This document shows positions 59,662-64,000 of a stretch of 64,000 nt of DNA, one piece after another. Numbering within the stretch: the stretch's first letter is position 1; each line of letters begins with the position of its first letter. Below the pieces are notes generated by a model, which did not search any database, had not been told where the DNA came from, and saw only the letters and a program-made list of their open reading frames with translations. The translations under genes and the position numbers were made by a program. Location of the stretch: the NCBI GenBank assembly GCA_016618085.1, contig JABLTG010000019.1:1-64000 (forward strand). The letters are read 5' to 3'. The stretch is from Neovahlkampfia damariscottae (lineage: Eukaryota).

Positions 59662-60537
59662 TTACAATAAAATTTCACACATTGATAATTTCTCAAATGC
59701 GTCAATAGTTTGAGTGTAATTCGGAGTTCCTGTTTGAAAAGGTATTGATTTTAAATTCTTTGCTTCTTCTAAAGGAGTATCTTTCAATAAATCTTTGTTT
59801 CCACCAGGCATATGAATGAAAACTAAACTTGATTGAACAATATATTTCTCCCATTCGTTTAAAATTTCATTCACTTTTTCATTAAATTTTTCTTCATTTC
59901 TTCTTCTAATATTTGAACCTGCTGAACTTGCACGAGATTCTTTATCCTTGGTACTTTGTTTTTTTCCTTGTTTTTTTCTTGTGACGTATTTAGAAAAAGT
60001 TTTGTGAAGAACAGGTTTTCCATTTTGAAAAATACAACCTGCAAAATCACCTCCATGAATTAAAAGCACCAAAACTGTTTTTTTCATTTGTTTTAAATCT
60101 GATAAATTTTTCGTATTTTTTGTTGTGTCAATTAAACATCGAAAAAATTTGAATTTATGTTCTGGATTTACAAAAGTAGTTGTTGTTATTGTATTCTTTA
60201 ATTTGAGGTCGTTTGAGAGCAAAGGCATTCGAAAAAACTCTTCAGGAGCATTGTGAATTGAAAAATGATAATTTCTGTTTAAAAGTTAATAATTTTGAAT
60301 TTTTTCTCACTTTTTTGTGGTATCAATTTTTGAGACATACCATATAATATATTTTTCGAGGGTGACACATTTTTTATTCCATGATTTACAAACTTGTTTG
60401 ACTGTTGTCAAATTTTTCGGTTCCATGTAGGAAAACAGTTTCATTAACAATTTTGGATCATCATCAAGAAATCTTTTCTCTTTGTATTCTTCTTCCACTA
60501 AGTTCAAGTTGTATCGATTAAAAAGATTTTTTCTCAT
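59662..60537 (-). CDS. F-box-like + VLRF1 (Vms1/ANKZF1-type release-factor) fusion, 279 aa
   Basis: Intron 60275-60310 joins PKLLMKLFSYMEPKNLTTVKQVCKSWN to GGDFAGCIF..HKTFSKYVTRKKQGKKQS..SAGSNIRRRNE. Confidence 0.78.
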
Positions 60538-60755
60538 TTTTTGTTGTGCAAAACTGACCAATGGAATTGCTATTTGTATTAGTTTTTTTCAACTTTGAAT
60601 TTGAACAAAAACTAGTTTTTTATTTTTACATTATATTTGAGAAATCGAATGATCTGAAACCTTTGTTTTTCTTCCAATTATATTTACCCGAATTAGAAGC
60701 TATTTTAATTGGTCCAACAAATTCTTCAGTTAACAACTGCAATAATAAAGCCAAG

Positions 60756-62640
60756 ATGAAAATTATTGATAAAATTGATGCTAAAATAACAGCTAACGAA
60801 ACTTTCTTTTCCTTTGAATATTTTCCACCAAAAACAGAAAAAGGTGTTGAAAACTTATTAGCTCGTTTCGAAAAAATGGGTGAACAAAATCCACTCTTTA
60901 TGGACATCACATGGGGTGCAGGTGGAAGTACATCTGAATTAAGTAAATCATACTCTTAGATTAACACTTAATTATTCAAGGTATTGACCTCAGTGTTGCT
61001 AGTCAAAATATCACAGGTATTGAAAGTCAATTACACATGACTTGCACAAATATGACAATTGATGATTTAAAATCAAAACTTAATCTTGCAAAAGAACAAG
61101 GTCTTCAAAACATTTTGGCTTTAAGAGGTGATCCTCCACACGGAAAAGAAAAATGGGAATCTTCAGATGAAGGTTTATCCTATGCTGTTGATTTAGTTAA
61201 ATTAATCAAAAAGGAACATAAAGACTATTTTGGAATATGTGTTGCTGGTTACCCAGAAGGACATCCTGATGGTGATTATGACTCAGATTTAAAATACTTA
61301 AAAGAAAAAGTAAATTTTGGAACAATTAACCATTATTTTTAGGTTGATGCTGGTGCTGAATTTGTTGTAACTCAATTATTTTATGATTGCGATCAATTTT
61401 TAAAATTCTGTAAAGACGCAAAAGCTATGGGAATCAATGTACCAATTTTACCTGGAATTATGCCAATCATGTCATATAACGGATTCAAAAGAATGACAGA
61501 TTTTTGTAAAACTAAAATTCCAGAACATATTCAAAAAGACCTTGCAGAAATTTCAGTAAAAAAAAAAAAAAATTTTTTTAACACAGTTTTCTTTATTAGC
61601 ATGACGATGAAGAAAAAATCAAAGCTTATGGTATCAAACTTGGTATTTCAATGTGTCGTTATTTATTAGACAACGGAGTACCTGGACTTCATTTTTACAC
61701 CTTAAATTTAGAAAAAACAGCAACTGAAATTATCAAAGGTTTAGGATTAGCACCAAAAAGTGTACCAAAACCATTACCATGGAAAACAAGTGCTTCTGCT
61801 AAAAGACAAAAAGAAGATGTTCGTCCTATATACTGGTCAAACAGACCAACAAGTTATCTCAATAGAACTTCATCATGGGATGAATTTCCAAATGGACGTT
61901 GGGGTGATTCAAGATCACCTGCTTTTGGTGACTTTTTAGGTGATTATCATTTAAGTGGAAAGGATAAATCAAAAGAATACAAGTTAAAACATTTAGGAAC
62001 TGAACATAAAAATTTATCAAGTATCACTTCAGTTTTTGTTGAATACATTGAAGGAAAAGGAAAATATTTACCATGGGCAGATAGTAGATCAGATGAAATC
62101 AAATCAATTGAAAAAAATTTAATCAAACTTAATCAAAATGGATTTTTAACAATTAACAGTCAACCTAAAGTCAATTGTGTAAAATCTGATGATCCAGTCC
62201 ATGGATGGGGTGGTCCAGATGGTTATGTCTTTCAAAAAGCTTACGTTGAATTCTTTTGTTCACCTGAAAATGCTAAACTTTTAATGGAAGCTATTAAGAA
62301 CTATCCATCTTTATCATATGAAGCAGTTAATGCAGAAGGAAAATTATTTTCCAATTCAAAGAATGCAATTAATGCTGTCACTTGGGGTGTATTTCCAGAC
62401 TCAGAAATTAAACAACCAACCATCGTTGAAAAAGAAAGTTTCCTCCAATGGAAAACAGAAGCTTTTCATTTATGGAAAAAATGGGCTGAAATTTATGAAG
62501 ACAATACAGAATCAAAAGGTTTAATTGAATTCATTCATGACAACTTTTATTTAATCAATATTGTTGATAATGATTTTGTTTCTGAAAAAACAGCAATTTA
62601 CACATTGATTGATGAAATTATTGAAAAATCAAAAAAATAA
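60756..62640 (+). CDS. MTHFR: Methylenetetrahydrofolate reductase (eukaryotic type with regulatory domain)
   Basis: [61 protein letters not shown]. Confidence 0.97.
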
Positions 62641-62805
62641 AATTTAATATTGAAACATTAACACATTATTTGAAAAAAAAACCTTGTTTGGTTGAAACAC
62701 CACCACTCTTTAACTTGAAAATAACTTATAAAGACACTAATTGTTTGGGTGTCTTTTTAAATTGACAATACAAAATAATTTATTTGGTCTCTGTGCAAAA
62801 ACAAC

Positions 62806-63087
62806 TTAAGAAAATAATTTATTTAATTCTTCTTCGAATTTGAAGTTGTTTACAATTGGTTTTTTTTTTACATTATAATTTCTGTAAGTTGTTGTTTTTG
62901 GTTCTTTTTCAGAATTTTGATAAACTTTTTGAACTGTTAATTTTTTTTTTTTTTTTTTACGTTGGTTTAAGAATTTTGATGCTTCAACTGAGTTGAAATT
63001 TTTCTGCGGTACTTTTTGATTTTTTGGTTTATTTTGTGTTGTGTTTTTTTTATTGTCAACATTCTTCTTTTTGTTTTGATTTTGCAT
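62806..63087 (-). CDS. Small basic hypothetical protein
   Basis: ORF with a probable 27-nt in-frame GT-AG intron at 62934-62960. Confidence 0.5.
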   Translation of the reverse strand: MQNQNKKKNVDNKKNTTQNKPKNQKVPQKNFNSVEASKFLNQRKKKKKKLTVQKVYQNSEKEPKTTTYRNYNVKKKPIVNNFKFEEELNKLFS

Positions 63088-63164
63088 TTTAATATTATTG
63101 GTTGTTTTTAAACCAATCATTTCATTTTATATTTACCGCTGAAAAATACCAAAAAACAGGAAGA

Positions 63165-64000
63165 ATGAATAAATCAGTGGATTGGATTGATGAACAAATA
63201 GACCTCCATAAAAAACATGTAAACAAAAAAAACACTAAAAAAAAACATTCTTAGGTGACATTCTCTGCACTTAGTCAAGAATTAAAAGTATCTTCTGATC
63301 AAGCAAAACAGTAAGTTAAACTTAAATATCAAATAATTCATTTGAGATTATTGTATGAATACACACTCCAAAGATCTTCAGTTGTTTCAATATCGTATAT
63401 AATTTCAGGTTTATTAGCTGAGACCAACCAACACCTTGTTAAAATTGTCTCAAAAAAAGATTTGAATGGTAAGAAAAAAGTAATTCAATGCTAAAAAAAA
63501 AAAAGAAAATTTAAAAAAATTTTCAAAAATTTATTCACAACATGTTTATGGAGTTTCACCAAGTGAACCAAAAGTACTTAATGATATTTGGAACACAAAT
63601 TACAATAAAGAATTCAATAATAGTTCAATTGAAAGAATAAAACAAAAAACAAAAAGAGTTGAACAAAAAAATATCACAAAAGAAATAAAAAAAGAAATAA
63701 AAAAAGAAATAAAAAAAGAAATCAAAAAAGAAAAAAAAGAAGAGAAAAACGAAACAAAACCAAAAGTTATTCAAAAAGATAATCCAATTCAAAAAAAAGA
63801 AACTGTTAAGAAATCAAAAAAAGGAACAATTGAAGGTTTTCAAAAAGTCAAAGAAAAACCAAAAACATCTCCTCTTGAAATTAAAACACAAAAATTGTCA
63901 AAAAAAGAGGATGCAATGGAAATTGAAGAAAAACTTGAAAAGGTTGAAAAATCAAAAAAACTTGTTAGGAAAGTAGAATCAAAACCTCAAGAATCACCAA
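63165..64000 (+). CDS. POLD3: DNA polymerase delta subunit 3 (Cdc27/Pol32), partial
   Basis: Spliced: VTFSALSQELKVSSDQAKQ|LLYEY...YIISG...HVYGV, then a Lys/Glu-rich region with KEIK repeats; runs off the window. Confidence 0.72.

Noticed and set aside
529..62524. Numerous 60-130 aa ORFs overlapping called genes in other frames or strands
   Set aside because: No recognisable motifs; expected by-products of biased AT-rich coding sequence.
63679..63728. 12-bp tandem repeat AAAGAAATAAAA
   Set aside because: Coding KEIK repeat in the disordered part of POLD3.

Overview
AT-rich, very compact eukaryotic (protist) genomic DNA in the standard code, with about 45 genes. Introns are tiny (27-42 nt where measured, almost all GT-AG), intergenic gaps are often under 50 bp, a CCAAT(C) element lies just upstream of most start codons, and TAA stops are frequently embedded in AATAAA. 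Gene content (RGS expansion, Zn2Cys6 factor, Fanzor2) suggests a heterolobosean-like amoeba, which is inference only. The window opens with the 3' end of a stop-disrupted Fanzor2/IS607-TnpB gene and its probable omega-RNA. Four tandem genes follow that fuse a CxxC peroxiredoxin-like (PRXL2/AhpC-TSA_2) domain to an RGS domain. Further along are an RGS-(DEP-like)-FSP1/AMID-type oxidoreductase fusion and a G-alpha lacking the catalytic arginine; together these point to a possible redox-controlled G-protein switch-off system, the most novel candidate here. Other notable items: an intron-bearing bacterial-type RIC/YtfE gene, an F-box-VLRF1 (Vms1-like) fusion, an LCIB/theta-type carbonic anhydrase, a compact TMC-like channel, 19-nt microexons, a GC-AG intron and several candidate structured intergenic RNAs. 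Housekeeping genes include ATG3, eIF5B, Rab32-like, TAF12, POLE2, POLD3, PSMD5, HAUS3 and MTHFR. All calls come from manual motif reading and hand splicing; no searches were run.
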